Assembly: GCA_050260395.1 (NCBI GenBank)
Contig: JBLNCC010000086.1
Coordinates: forward strand, 71-64,070
Direction: 5' to 3'
From: Betaproteobacteria bacterium
GTDB lineage: Bacteria > Bacillota > SHA-98 > UBA4971
Length of the DNA stretch: 64,000 nt
Numbering within the stretch: the first letter of the stretch is position 1; each line of letters opens with the position of its first letter. This document shows, piece after piece, positions 32,362-42,697 of the stretch. The notes under the pieces were generated by a model. That model made no database searches. It saw only the letters and a program-made list of their open reading frames with translations, and was not told where the DNA came from. Made by a program: the position numbers and the translations under genes.

Positions 32362-32829
32362 GTGGACGATCGCTCAGAGGTCGGTGCAGCTGCTGGTGAG
32401 CTTGTTATATACACCGACGGCGCGTCTCGGGGGAATCCAGGCCCCGCGGGCATCGGGGCAGTCATTCTGGATCAGAACGAAGGAGTTGTCGCCGAGATAA
32501 GCCGGGGGATCGGCACGGCCACCAACAACGAGGCGGAGTATGTCGCTCTCGCGGAGGCGCTTGAGACAGCACGAAGGCTTGGTGCGCGGAGAGTGCGCGT
32601 CTACGTTGACAGCGAGCTTGTGGCCAGACAGGTTTGCGGTCAGTATGCCGTGAGGTCCGACCGGTTGCGGCCTCTCGTCGCGAGGATACAAGAGCTCCGG
32701 AGAGAGTTCGACGCGTGTCCCGTGAGGCACGTGAGGCGGGCCATGAACGCGCGGGCCGACGAGCTCGCAAACATGGGCATCGACGCCGCATCGAAAGCGC
32801 GGGCGGAAACGCAAGGGCGATGCGGATAG
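32362..32829 (+). CDS. rnhA: Ribonuclease HI family protein
   Basis: YTDGASRGNPG, ATNNEAEY, DSELV, HVRRAMNARADELAN. Confidence 0.9.
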   Translation: MDDRSEVGAAAGELVIYTDGASRGNPGPAGIGAVILDQNEGVVAEISRGIGTATNNEAEYVALAEALETARRLGARRVRVYVDSELVARQVCGQYAVRSDRLRPLVARIQELRREFDACPVRHVRRAMNARADELANMGIDAASKARAETQGRCG

Positions 32830-32971
32830 CACGGCGGGCGGCCGAAGGTGGGCCGAGACCATCGTGTCTCCGTGCGCCGGGGATCGAGGCGGCTGAGCGG
32901 CATCCCGGGAGCGCGAAGCAGACGCGCGGGCGCAGGCTTGGCGGAAAAGCGGGCTAGCGCGCCTCGCGGAT

Positions 32972-33000
32972 TTGACATACGGTCGGGCACGTGCTAAGAT
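32972..33000 (+). promoter_or_regulatory. SigA promoter upstream of rnpB
   Basis: TTGACA-N17-TAAGAT with a TG extension. Confidence 0.65.
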
Positions 33001-33126
33001 GGCGGTTAGCGGGGCCGAGGCGAGCGGGAGCATTGGCGTTGCTCGTCGCGTGGCTTCGCGAGAAGTCAGAGTCATGATCGAAACAAAGGAAGACTCCCGC
33101 TCTCCCGGGCGGGCGAGCATGTTAAG

Positions 33127-33509
<383 letters not shown>

Positions 33510-33640
33510 TGCTTGGTTCAAAACGAGCGCCTCTGGCGAAAGAGAAGCGCTCGCTTATTATCACTCAGGCCCTTGGTGAGTTCGGCTTCGGGACGTCACT
33601 AATTGTTGGAGAACACGACAACCTGACGCGGAGGGACGAG

Positions 33641-34210
33641 ATGACCGTGAGAAACGACATTGTGCGAGGCCTTGCTTACGGAGGCGTTTTCGTTGCGCTG
33701 GGGATAGTGTTTCCGATGTTCTTCCATGCCGTCGGTGCCGGCAAACTCTTCCTTCCCATGCACATCCCGGTGCTTTTGGCCGGCTTTTTCATCGGTCCTC
33801 TCATTGGTGCGGTTGTCGGATTCCTCACGCCCATCCTTTCTGCCCTGTTGACCGGGATGCCTCCGTTGATGCCCCCGATGGCCCAGACTATGATGGTGGA
33901 GCTGGCCGCGTACGGCTTCCTGAGCGGGTTGCTATACAAGGTCTTGAAGCAGAACGTGATAGTAGCTCTCATCGGCGCCATGGTCGGCGGGCGCCTGATC
34001 TATGGCGTGCTTTCTGCATACCTCTTGCCCGTCTTCGGGTTCGAACGCGTGCCGGTGCTGTATCCTCTATCAGCCGGGATCGTAGGGAGTCTCCCAGGGA
34101 TCGTCCTTCAGCTTGTTTTCATCCCGGCCGTCGTGTATCTCGCCGAGAAGACGGTGAAGGCGAGGTCCGCGACCGCCTCCGGCGTCAAGCAACGTGACGG
34201 AGCCCGGTGA
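33641..34210 (+). CDS. ECF transporter S component (orphan)
   Basis: FLPMHIPVLLAG..GP..GAVVG..TP.LSALLTGMPP, GIVLQLVFIP. About 6 TM segments. Confidence 0.8.
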   Translation: MTVRNDIVRGLAYGGVFVALGIVFPMFFHAVGAGKLFLPMHIPVLLAGFFIGPLIGAVVGFLTPILSALLTGMPPLMPPMAQTMMVELAAYGFLSGLLYKVLKQNVIVALIGAMVGGRLIYGVLSAYLLPVFGFERVPVLYPLSAGIVGSLPGIVLQLVFIPAVVYLAEKTVKARSATASGVKQRDGAR

Positions 34211-34589
34211 GAGACGGGAACGAATGATGCGTCGTAGCCAGCAGCGTAAAGGGCCCGGGAGAGATGGACGTCCCGTCCCGGTCCGCGCGCAGCCGGCCCG
34301 GACACACGCGGAGAGAGAGAAGAGGGGAGACGGGGGCCTGCCAGGGGGGCGTTTTGGTCGCGGCGGCCGACAGGCCCTCATCTCTACGTGTTCGCAGCTA
34401 ACCATGTGTTCGCAGCTAGCCAAATGTAAGGGGCTAGCTCTCAACTCATTGCTTTTCGCTTCATCGGCATGCCCGAGGCGAATGCGTGTCGGTGTTACTC
34501 GCCGGCTGCGCACAGCGCGAGGGCGGACGCGAAGCGCGACCTGCGCCGCGCGCGGCAAGCTGGCGTGGCGAACACCGGCGGATGCCGTG

Positions 34590-35687
34590 CTACTCGGCCA
34601 TCCTCCAGGCGCGCCCGGGCCTGATATGCCGCATGATCCTTCCTACAGCGACGATGCGCTCCTCGGCAAGCCTGTCGGCGGCCTTGTATGTCGGAATGCC
34701 ATCGCGCCTCGATATCTCGATCACGTTGAGCATCGTATTGTAGATGCTCCCAGCTTTGCGCAGAGCCCTCTCGCGGTTGTATCCGAACAGGCCTTCCGCG
34801 ACATTGATCACGCCCCCAGCATTGATGATGTAGTCAGGGGCGTAAAGGATTCCAATGTCTTGCAACGCGTCGCCGTGACGGTCCTCCTTCAGTTGGTTGT
34901 TGGCGGAGCCTCCCACGATCTTGCATTTGAGCCTGGGGATGGTGTCGTCGTTCAGGGCGGCGCCGAGGGCACACGGGGCGAAGATATCGCACTCGACGTC
35001 GAATATGGCGTCGGGCTCCACGGCCTGCGCTCCGAGGTCACGTACCGCCCTTTGGACCTTGTCAGGGAAGATATCGGTCACGATGAGCTTTGCGCCATCG
35101 TCGCGAAGGTGTTTGCCCAGGTGATAGCCGACGCTTCCCACCCCCTGGATGGCCACGGTGAGACCTTTGAGCGAGTCGCTACCGAAAACCGCCTTGGCAC
35201 ACGCAGCAAGACCTCGCCAGACACCGTACGCAGTCACCGGACCAGGGTCGCCGCTTCCTCCGGACGCGCTGGACGAACCGCCGACCCATCTGGTCTCGCA
35301 CCTAATGGTTTCAACGTCGTCCACTGTGATGCCGACATCCTCGCCTGTGATAAACCTGCCGCCGAGAGTGTCCACGAACCGGCCGAATGCTCTGAAAAGC
35401 TCCTCGGACTTGTCCTTTCTCGGGTCGCCTATGATAACGGCCTTGCCGCCGCCGAAATTCAAGCCCGCTGCAGCGTTCTTGTAAGTCATCCCGCGAGCGA
35501 GGCGGAGCGCGTCAACGATCGCTTCCTCTTCGGTGTTGTACGGCCACATGCGTGTGCCGCCCAGGGCTGGGCCGAGAGTGGTGTCGTGGATGACGATTAT
35601 CGCCCGCAAGCCCGCCGATGTGTCGCTGCAGAAGAGGACTTGCTCATAGCCGTGTCTCCTCATCGCGTCAAACAGGTTCACCGTCAT
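34590..35687 (-). CDS. Leucine dehydrogenase (Glu/Leu/Phe/Val dehydrogenase family)
   Basis: [62 protein letters not shown]. Confidence 0.92.
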   Translation of the reverse strand: MTVNLFDAMRRHGYEQVLFCSDTSAGLRAIIVIHDTTLGPALGGTRMWPYNTEEEAIVDALRLARGMTYKNAAAGLNFGGGKAVIIGDPRKDKSEELFRAFGRFVDTLGGRFITGEDVGITVDDVETIRCETRWVGGSSSASGGSGDPGPVTAYGVWRGLAACAKAVFGSDSLKGLTVAIQGVGSVGYHLGKHLRDDGAKLIVTDIFPDKVQRAVRDLGAQAVEPDAIFDVECDIFAPCALGAALNDDTIPRLKCKIVGGSANNQLKEDRHGDALQDIGILYAPDYIINAGGVINVAEGLFGYNRERALRKAGSIYNTMLNVIEISRRDGIPTYKAADRLAEERIVAVGRIMRHIRPGRAWRMAE

Positions 35688-35939
35688 ACCTCCTTGTTTT
35701 GGAGTTTCGACAGGGAAGCTTTCGAGTGAGGATTGCCGACAGCGGAATCTACCCGCCGGGACGGCGCTTTGACAAGGACTCTTTCCCCCTTTCGCATGGA
35801 CTTTAATGTAGCCCTTGTGGCCCTTGAGGTGCGCGGATGGATCGTGTTGTGTCTTGCGTCCTTGGCGTTGCCGCCACTTAGTTGTTGGACACATCGGTAT
35901 GAATTCCTTCTGTACGGAAGGCGTATGGCAGGATTTGTC

Positions 35940-35969
35940 TTGACAGGAAGGACGGTGACCTAATATACT
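35940..35969 (+). promoter_or_regulatory. SigA promoter of the mutagenesis cassette
   Basis: TTGACA-N18-TATACT. Confidence 0.65.
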
Positions 35970-35976
35970 ATTGGTG

Positions 35977-35990
35977 CGAACACACGTTCG
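35977..35990. promoter_or_regulatory. LexA (Cheo/SOS) box
   Basis: CGAACACACGTTCG is an exact match to CGAACRNRYGTTCG and overlaps the predicted +1. Confidence 0.9.
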
Positions 35991-36025
35991 CATCCATTAC
36001 TTGATGGCTTCGAGGAGCTGTAAAG

Positions 36026-37480
36026 ATGAGACCCGCGTCGACGGTGGTAGCCCATGTCTGGGTGCCTGGTTTCTATGCGGAAGCTGAGACCCTGTTGAAC
36101 TCACGTCCGAAGGGGACGCCCGTGGTGGTGGTTGGGGAAGGTAAGAAGGTCATGGATATGTCGCCTGGGGCGAGAAGGAAGGGCGTGAAGCCTGGGATGT
36201 CTCTTTCCGTGGTGCGGCTCATATGCCCGGAGGCCATCGAGGTGAGTTATGTTCCTGAGAGGTACGATAGCCTTGCCGACAGCCTATGGGAAACATGCGC
36301 ACGCCATAGCCTGGCCGTGGAGCCTTTGGCCCAGCATGAGGCCTTTATCGACCTTTCGGGATGTGCCGATGTGCCGGACGCGATCGAAAGAATATCTCAG
36401 AGCATAGAGGCAATCGTTGGAAGCTGCCCAGCTTTCGGGGTGGCGCGCTGTAAACTGGTGGCACGGGTGGCTTCGGGGGTGCTTGAGGAGTCGAGGAGGG
36501 TTGTACACGGCAAAACGCTTGGAAGCTCGCGCCGCCGCCGGACGGAATCCCATCCTCATCCTGAAAGAGAAGGCCGAGCCGAGCGTTTGACAGCAGATCC
36601 GGCGCGAGGGCTCAGGAACGTGCTGATCGTTATCGGTAAGGAGAAGGAGTTTCTCGCCCCTTTGCCCGTGGGCGTGCTTTGGACCCTTGATGATGGTGTG
36701 ATCGAGCGGCTTCAGCGCCTCGGTATGCGGCGGGTCGGCGATGTGCTGGCGATGGGAAGATCGGCTCTAGTTGAGGTGTTGGGGGAGCCAGGACACGTTG
36801 TTTACGAGCTCTGCCTGGGCATGGATCGTTCGAAGGTGATCCCCGTTTATCCAAAAGAAGCGATAACATTCAGAAAGATTTTCGACGGCGAAGTGTCCGA
36901 TGAGTCTATTCTGGAACACGTAGTGGAGATGGGTGCCGCCTTCATCGAACAGAGGCTGAACGCCTATGGCGCGACGGCCCGCCGGTGGGGCATCACGCTA
37001 GATCTTACCGGCGAAGGTGGCGCGGGCCAGATGGTTCACGAACAACGCCTTTCGAAGCCTTCGAAGTTTTATGGTGGCGGCCTGGCGATATGCAGAAGCC
37101 TCCTACGAGCGGTGCTGGCGGCGCCTGACGGGGCGACACGATCGCGATCGCAACATGGGCCGCTCCGTTCCGTGAGAGCACTATCTCTTATAGCCGCCGA
37201 TCTCATGCCTACGACAACGACGTTGCAAGTGAGCATATTTGATCCACATATAGCCGTCGATCGCGCTCAAGCCGTTGATGCGGTAATAACTCGGGTAAGG
37301 GAGAAGTTCGGGGCGAAGAGCCTTTTTCCGGCGAGCTTGCTTGAATGCGACAGAAGGGATAGGCTTCTGGCAGCCTGGGAGGCTTGTTCGCGCTATGAGG
37401 AGAGTAAACAGGTCGCTTCAGGTAGTAACGCGAGGAGACCAGCGTCCGGAGAGATTCTATTGGAACCGGAAATGGCTTAG
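36026..37480 (+). CDS. Catalytically inactive Y-family polymerase (ImuB/ImuY-like)
   Basis: DinB-like fold motifs with lost acidic residues (HVWVPGFYA, AQHEAFIDL). Clamp motif QVSIF. RecA-NT-like motif AVDAVITRVREKFGAKSL. Confidence 0.8.
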   Translation: MRPASTVVAHVWVPGFYAEAETLLNSRPKGTPVVVVGEGKKVMDMSPGARRKGVKPGMSLSVVRLICPEAIEVSYVPERYDSLADSLWETCARHSLAVEPLAQHEAFIDLSGCADVPDAIERISQSIEAIVGSCPAFGVARCKLVARVASGVLEESRRVVHGKTLGSSRRRRTESHPHPEREGRAERLTADPARGLRNVLIVIGKEKEFLAPLPVGVLWTLDDGVIERLQRLGMRRVGDVLAMGRSALVEVLGEPGHVVYELCLGMDRSKVIPVYPKEAITFRKIFDGEVSDESILEHVVEMGAAFIEQRLNAYGATARRWGITLDLTGEGGAGQMVHEQRLSKPSKFYGGGLAICRSLLRAVLAAPDGATRSRSQHGPLRSVRALSLIAADLMPTTTTLQVSIFDPHIAVDRAQAVDAVITRVREKFGAKSLFPASLLECDRRDRLLAAWEACSRYEESKQVASGSNARRPASGEILLEPEMA

Positions 37481-37640
37481 GGTGATTTCCATCATCGACG
37501 AGTGGCGCGAGTCAGGCGAATGGTGGCGGGGGGAAGGGGAGAGGCGAGTTTTCACCGTGCTCGCAGATAATCACGGACTATACGAGCTCTGCTGCGATGG
37601 GCATGGCGACGCCTGGCGGCTTACAAAGATATTCGACTAA
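37395..37640 (+). CDS. ImuB-C-like small protein (DUF6504-like)
   Basis: PERFYW...IIDEWRESGEWW...R.F.V...LYEL...W.L.KIFD. Overlaps the 3' end of the Y-polymerase gene. Confidence 0.75.
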   Translation: MRRVNRSLQVVTRGDQRPERFYWNRKWLRVISIIDEWRESGEWWRGEGERRVFTVLADNHGLYELCCDGHGDAWRLTKIFD

Positions 37641-37946
37641 GCAGTTCGCCATGAGCGATCGTCATGAGCCCGTGTTGTTCTTCGATGTTTGAGTTCCGCC
37701 CAGGGGCGCCTATAGATACCCAAGCCCGAGCCCAGAAACTGTGTTCGGCTTGGATGGCATGCACTCAGAGTGCGCTTACGGTGCGCCTGGAGATCGTTTT
37801 GACTTCAGCATGCTGTTTCCCTGAAAAGGCCGTTTGAGATAGCTCTGCCCCGTTTACGTAACGTCATCGTTGCTTTCTATAAACGATGGCGAAATCCTAG
37901 GACGACACGATTCCAGATACAGTCTGCTGATGGAGCCTGGATCGCC

Positions 37947-40900
37947 ATGGGGAAGTTCGTGCATCTCCACGTGCATTCGCATTTTTCATTCCTCGATGGC
38001 GCATCGAGCGTCGAGTCTATAGTGAAAAACGCGGCGGAGCTCGGCATGGAGGCCGTTGCCATAACAGACCACGATAATCTTTGTGCGGCGGCAAGGCTAA
38101 CTCGAGCTGCGCAGCGGCATGGGATAAAACCAATCCATGGTGCCGAGGTCACGCTCGAGGATGGGAGTCACCTGGTGCTCCTGGCAGAAGATCCAGAGGG
38201 TTACTCCAATATCTGCGCGATCCTTACCGAGGCTTATATGTCGAGAGGCTGGGAAAGGGCTGTCGCGGGTGACGGCATGACGCCGTTTCCTGGGGACCAG
38301 GCTGTGGCGGAGTTCACAAAACGCCGCCTCGCGCCAAAGGCGTCTTTATCTTCGCTTGAAGAGCATCATAAAGGGATCATAGCGCTTTCCGGGTGCTTCG
38401 GGCGGGGTTCCATCCCGGTGCTCGTTCGCGTGGGCAAGTATAGCCAGGCCCTTGAACTTGCCAGGCGTCTTGCGGGGATTTTCGGGCGGCCTGGCTTTTA
38501 CATCGAACTCCAGAACCTCGCTGTCCCGGGAAGCGACCGGCTCATCTCCCGCCTCGTTGAGCTTGCTGAAGAAGCGGGGGTTAGGGTTGTGGCGACCAAT
38601 GATGTCCACTACTGCAAGAAATCGGAGTTTGCCGTACACGACGTCCTCACTTGTATCCGCACGCTGACGCGGCTCGACGACGTGCATCCCGAACGAAAGT
38701 TCAACGCCGAGAATTACTTGAAATCCGTTGATGAAATGACATCCCTCTTTCGTCGCTATCCCGAGGCGATAGCGACCGCCGGAGAGGTCGCCGATAGGTG
38801 CTCACCCGGGCTTTTGCTAGACCAGAAGCTCTTCCCAGTTTTCGCTCTTCCACGAGGGGCGGGGACGTCTGCCGAGTGCCTTCGGCACCTTGTATACGAA
38901 GGAGCCTCATCCCGCTATGGGATCATCAACTCTGTGATAAAGTCCAGGCTCGACCATGAGCTCGAGGTCATATGCACCCTCGGATACGAGGACTACTTTC
39001 TCATGGTCTGGGATGTCGTGAACTTCGCGCGACAAAAAGGGATCAGGTTCTCGGGCAGGGGCTCAGCTGCGGACTCTGCCGTGGCGTATTGCCTCTTCAT
39101 AACGAGCGTGGACCCGATCTCCCGAGGCCTTCTTTTTGAGCGATTCCTCAGTCTTGAGCGGGCGCAGAAGCCCGATATCGACATCGATTTCGATGCCAGG
39201 AGACGAGACGAGGTGCGGCACTATCTCCAGCGTAAATACGGTCCCGAACGCGTGGCCACGGTATGCACCTTTAATACGTTTCAGGCTAGGTCTGCCGTGC
39301 GCGACGTAGGGAAGGCCATGGGGTTTCCCCCGGAAGACATAGATATGCTGGCCAAGCGCCTTCCCTACATATGTGCGGACGAGATCAGGCCGGCTTTCGA
39401 GAAGTACCCTGAGCTTCGCGGAAGCGGTATCTCCATCGAGAGGTACTCTTGTTTGTTCAAAGTATGCGAGGCGTTGGCAGGTGTGCCCCGTCACATCGGG
39501 ACCCATCTGGGTGGGGTGGTAGCAAGCCGCGTGCCCCTCGTGAGACTGACCCCGCTGCAAATGGCAGCGCGCGGCGTGGTCATCACCCAGTTTGACAAGG
39601 ACGACGTAGAGGAGATCGGCTTGATCAAGCTCGATCTTCTATCTCTTCGCATGCTCGCGGCGGTGGACGACTCCGTGAGCCTGAGTGGCGTTGACTACCA
39701 ACACATCCCCCTCGAGGATAGTGCCACATACGAGATGCTGAACGCCGGAGAAACCATAGGCGCTTTCCAGCTGGAAAGCCCCGCGCAGCGGGCCCTCCAA
39801 GGGCGCCTTGGTGCGAGCACCATCGAGGACATCGTGGCGAGCGTGGCGCTTATCCGGCCTGGTCCCGTGCAGGGGAATATGGTGGAGCCGTTCGTGGCGA
39901 GGAGGCGAGGGCTTGAGGAAGTGACCTACGCCCATCCCGGCCTTGAAAGGATCCTTAAGAAAACGTATGGCGTGGTGCTCTACCAGGAGCAGGTGATCGA
40001 GATCGCGACGGCCATAGCCGGCTTTACCCCGGGGGAATCCGATCGATTGCGAAAAGTGATGACTCACTACCGCTCCAGAGCGGAAATGGATGAGATAGGG
40101 AGGGAATTCGTGAAGAAGGCGATGGAACACGGGACCTCCCGAGAAGTCGCCGAGACGGTGCTGTCGTACATAGTTGCCTACGCGGGTTATGGCTTCTGTG
40201 AAGCCCACGCGGCGGCTTTTGCGGATACAGCCTACAAGACGTCGTACCTATTGCGCCATTTCCCTGTGGAATTCTACACAGCCATCCTGAACAATCAACC
40301 CATGGGATTCTATCCGCCGAACACCATATGTGTGGAAGCCAGGCGGCGTGGGATCAGGATCTTGCCGGTTGACATAAACAAGAGCGCTGAGAGGTTCACG
40401 GTTGAGGACGGCGCGATACGCGTGGGGCTTCTCAGAGTACGGGGTATGAGCGAGGAAACGGCCGCAAGGATAATCGCGCGCAGGGGACCACGGGGGTATT
40501 CCTCCGTTGAGGACTTCTTCGCGCGGGTGCCATTGGATCGAGACCTCCTCGAAAACCTGGTGCTGTGCGGCGCGTTTGATTCCCTGTGCCCCAACCGCAG
40601 GGCTGTGCTTTGGGGGATCTCGCGGCCCTTGCAAGGGTTGGAACGATCCGGTGACGGTGTCCCGAACCTCGCGGCCTGTGCCCTTCCAGATGTCGCAACT
40701 GACCTGGCCATCGCCGGCGCTCGTGGCGACGCTGGGGCCGGCGATTGCCTTGGTGTCCGTCGCACATCAGACGCTTGGATGTGGGACCGGCGTGCCCAAA
40801 GCGGCCGCTCTTTGTGTGAGCTCTGGGACATCCCCGACTTTTCCGAGGTCGAGAAGTTCAAGCACGAGTTCTACATACTGGGCCTTCATCCTACGAAGCA

Positions 40901-41237
40901 CCCGATGGAGTTCTATCGCGATAGCCTGGCGACAGAAGGGGTGCTCACGGCCGCCGCTGCGAAGAGGATGGATTCCGGCGCGAGCGTGCGAGTTGCTGGA
41001 GTGGTGGTTAGGCCGCATCGCCCCCCAACCCGGAGCGGGAGGGTCGTGGTCTTTTTCTCGCTCGAGGACGAGACGGGCCTCATAGACGTGACTGTGTTCG
41101 AAGGCGTGTACAAGCGCTGCGGGGGCGCGATGTTCACAAGCCCGATCCTTGTAGTGGAGGGACGGGTGGAGCGACGGGGCAACGCTGTGAGCGTTACCTG
41201 CCGCCGCATCCAAAAGGGTCCCTTGTCCTCATACTGA
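37947..41237 (+). CDS. dnaE2: DNA polymerase III alpha subunit, error-prone DnaE2 type
   Basis: PHP domain HLHVHSHFS..TDH..TNDVHY, GRGSAA, PDIDIDF, KLDLL, NNQPMGFY, OB fold RPPTRSG..FFSLEDETG. Ends after the OB fold with no tau-binding tail. Confidence 0.88.
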   Translation: MGKFVHLHVHSHFSFLDGASSVESIVKNAAELGMEAVAITDHDNLCAAARLTRAAQRHGIKPIHGAEVTLEDGSHLVLLAEDPEGYSNICAILTEAYMSRGWERAVAGDGMTPFPGDQAVAEFTKRRLAPKASLSSLEEHHKGIIALSGCFGRGSIPVLVRVGKYSQALELARRLAGIFGRPGFYIELQNLAVPGSDRLISRLVELAEEAGVRVVATNDVHYCKKSEFAVHDVLTCIRTLTRLDDVHPERKFNAENYLKSVDEMTSLFRRYPEAIATAGEVADRCSPGLLLDQKLFPVFALPRGAGTSAECLRHLVYEGASSRYGIINSVIKSRLDHELEVICTLGYEDYFLMVWDVVNFARQKGIRFSGRGSAADSAVAYCLFITSVDPISRGLLFERFLSLERAQKPDIDIDFDARRRDEVRHYLQRKYGPERVATVCTFNTFQARSAVRDVGKAMGFPPEDIDMLAKRLPYICADEIRPAFEKYPELRGSGISIERYSCLFKVCEALAGVPRHIGTHLGGVVASRVPLVRLTPLQMAARGVVITQFDKDDVEEIGLIKLDLLSLRMLAAVDDSVSLSGVDYQHIPLEDSATYEMLNAGETIGAFQLESPAQRALQGRLGASTIEDIVASVALIRPGPVQGNMVEPFVARRRGLEEVTYAHPGLERILKKTYGVVLYQEQVIEIATAIAGFTPGESDRLRKVMTHYRSRAEMDEIGREFVKKAMEHGTSREVAETVLSYIVAYAGYGFCEAHAAAFADTAYKTSYLLRHFPVEFYTAILNNQPMGFYPPNTICVEARRRGIRILPVDINKSAERFTVEDGAIRVGLLRVRGMSEETAARIIARRGPRGYSSVEDFFARVPLDRDLLENLVLCGAFDSLCPNRRAVLWGISRPLQGLERSGDGVPNLAACALPDVATDLAIAGARGDAGAGDCLGVRRTSDAWMWDRRAQSGRSLCELWDIPDFSEVEKFKHEFYILGLHPTKHPMEFYRDSLATEGVLTAAAAKRMDSGASVRVAGVVVRPHRPPTRSGRVVVFFSLEDETGLIDVTVFEGVYKRCGGAMFTSPILVVEGRVERRGNAVSVTCRRIQKGPLSSY

Positions 41238-41274
41238 ACCGCCTGGTCGCCGCAGGTCTCGGCCTGGGCCGATG

Positions 41275-42186
41275 TTAAGCGGCCACGCTATTCTGGTAGT
41301 CGTACACGATTCGCGAGATCTCAGCGATCCTAGCGAAGCCCTGATCGATGTCGGGAACATCCTTCGAGAGCACCACGAGGATGTACGGTCTACTGGCGAA
41401 GACGATGCCGACATCGTTGGCGACGCCGGAAACGTCACCTTCCTTGTGCGCCACCATCACCTGCGGAGGCAGCTTTCCCGGCAAGCCGACGTGGTAGATA
41501 GGGTGCGCCATGTCGTCCAAGAGGCGCGAGCCCAGGTCCGGGTACGACCGGTCGAAGTCGAGCACGCCCTGGACGTACGCTGCCATGTCCTTGGCACATG
41601 TGATATTCTGACCGCCTGGGAACACCATCTCCCCGCCGAGTTCCCGCATGAACTCCGCGATATTGTCCTTTCCGAGGTGCCGGACGAGCATCCGGTAGGC
41701 CACGTTATCGCTTATCGTGATAGCCAGGTTCGCCAATGTCCGAAGGGAATAACTATCCCCGTCTCTCGCCGCGAACTGGAGTATCCCGGCGCCATCCTGG
41801 TAGTCCGTGGCGCTGTTGTACACGACACGGTCGTCCCAGCTCGCCTTGCCCTCCGCAACAAGACGGTTCAGGTAGAGCACAGCGGGGACTTTCACGGTGC
41901 TTGCCGCGGTGATGGGCTCGTATTCATTGATTCCGAAGCTCATCCCAGTCTTGAGGTCGCGGAAATACACGCCGTATGTGGCGGGCTGCGACTTTATATA
42001 AGCCTCGAGCTCGGCCTTGAGTGGCGCGTAGTCTGGTCGCGCCTCGTACGAGCCTGCTTCTCTACCCATACCGTTCCCGGCCGGGATGTCGTGGCGCGTC
42101 GACCCGCCCCAATAGAGCAGCGACCCGGCGCCCAGAAGAGCTATTGCGATAACAAGGCCGAGGGCGCGGTAGACGCGGTTTCTCAT
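41275..42186 (-). CDS. Exported serine hydrolase, class A beta-lactamase-like fold (probable PBP/peptidase)
   Basis: N-terminal TM/signal segment. ASTVK (SxxK), SDN, and HKEG in place of KTG. Confidence 0.8.
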   Translation of the reverse strand: MRNRVYRALGLVIAIALLGAGSLLYWGGSTRHDIPAGNGMGREAGSYEARPDYAPLKAELEAYIKSQPATYGVYFRDLKTGMSFGINEYEPITAASTVKVPAVLYLNRLVAEGKASWDDRVVYNSATDYQDGAGILQFAARDGDSYSLRTLANLAITISDNVAYRMLVRHLGKDNIAEFMRELGGEMVFPGGQNITCAKDMAAYVQGVLDFDRSYPDLGSRLLDDMAHPIYHVGLPGKLPPQVMVAHKEGDVSGVANDVGIVFASRPYILVVLSKDVPDIDQGFARIAEISRIVYDYQNSVAA

Positions 42187-42442
42187 GGCCATCCTCCTTT
42201 CCCTGTGTTTCACCGCTTCATTATAGGACGTACGAGGCAACGCGGCTATGGTAGTTTGTGGTTCATGATGCGAAATCCGCATTTACGCCAGCCTGAGTAG
42301 AAGGAAAACTTCAAATCGCGTGGAACAAAGACTCACGCCTCGGCCGCAGCGAGGTGCTACGGTAGAAAGCGCGGGAGCGCAAGAATGCCTGGTGAGATCG
42401 GGGGTTTAGGTGCGTTCGGCCCGGCAACTTTGCCCTGATCCG

Positions 42443-42469
42443 GAAGGAATCCACATGGTCGAGGCGAAT
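42443..42469 (+). promoter_or_regulatory. SigH-type promoter upstream of the ABC operon
   Basis: GAAGGAATC-N11-GGCGAAT. Confidence 0.55.
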
Positions 42470-42697
42470 AATGGTACGGAAGGTCGTCGGCTGCCTGGCG
42501 TCACCGTCATCTTGACGACGCACGGTCTGTCGGTGGTCTACAAGGATGTGCCATTGGGGTATCCACCAAGGTTGAGGGGAGGTGGTGGGCAGGCACCGGA
42601 GGAGAACCTGCCGGTCTGTCTTGGGCTCCTAGATAGGTTGGGGGCAAAAGGGTTCCGGAGAACAACTTTGGGAAGGTAAGAAGGAGGCTAGGCTTCA

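Noticed and set aside
41275-42186. Beta-lactam resistance gene
   Set aside because: No evident E166/N170 omega-loop residues, and KTG is altered. More likely a PBP-like hydrolase.
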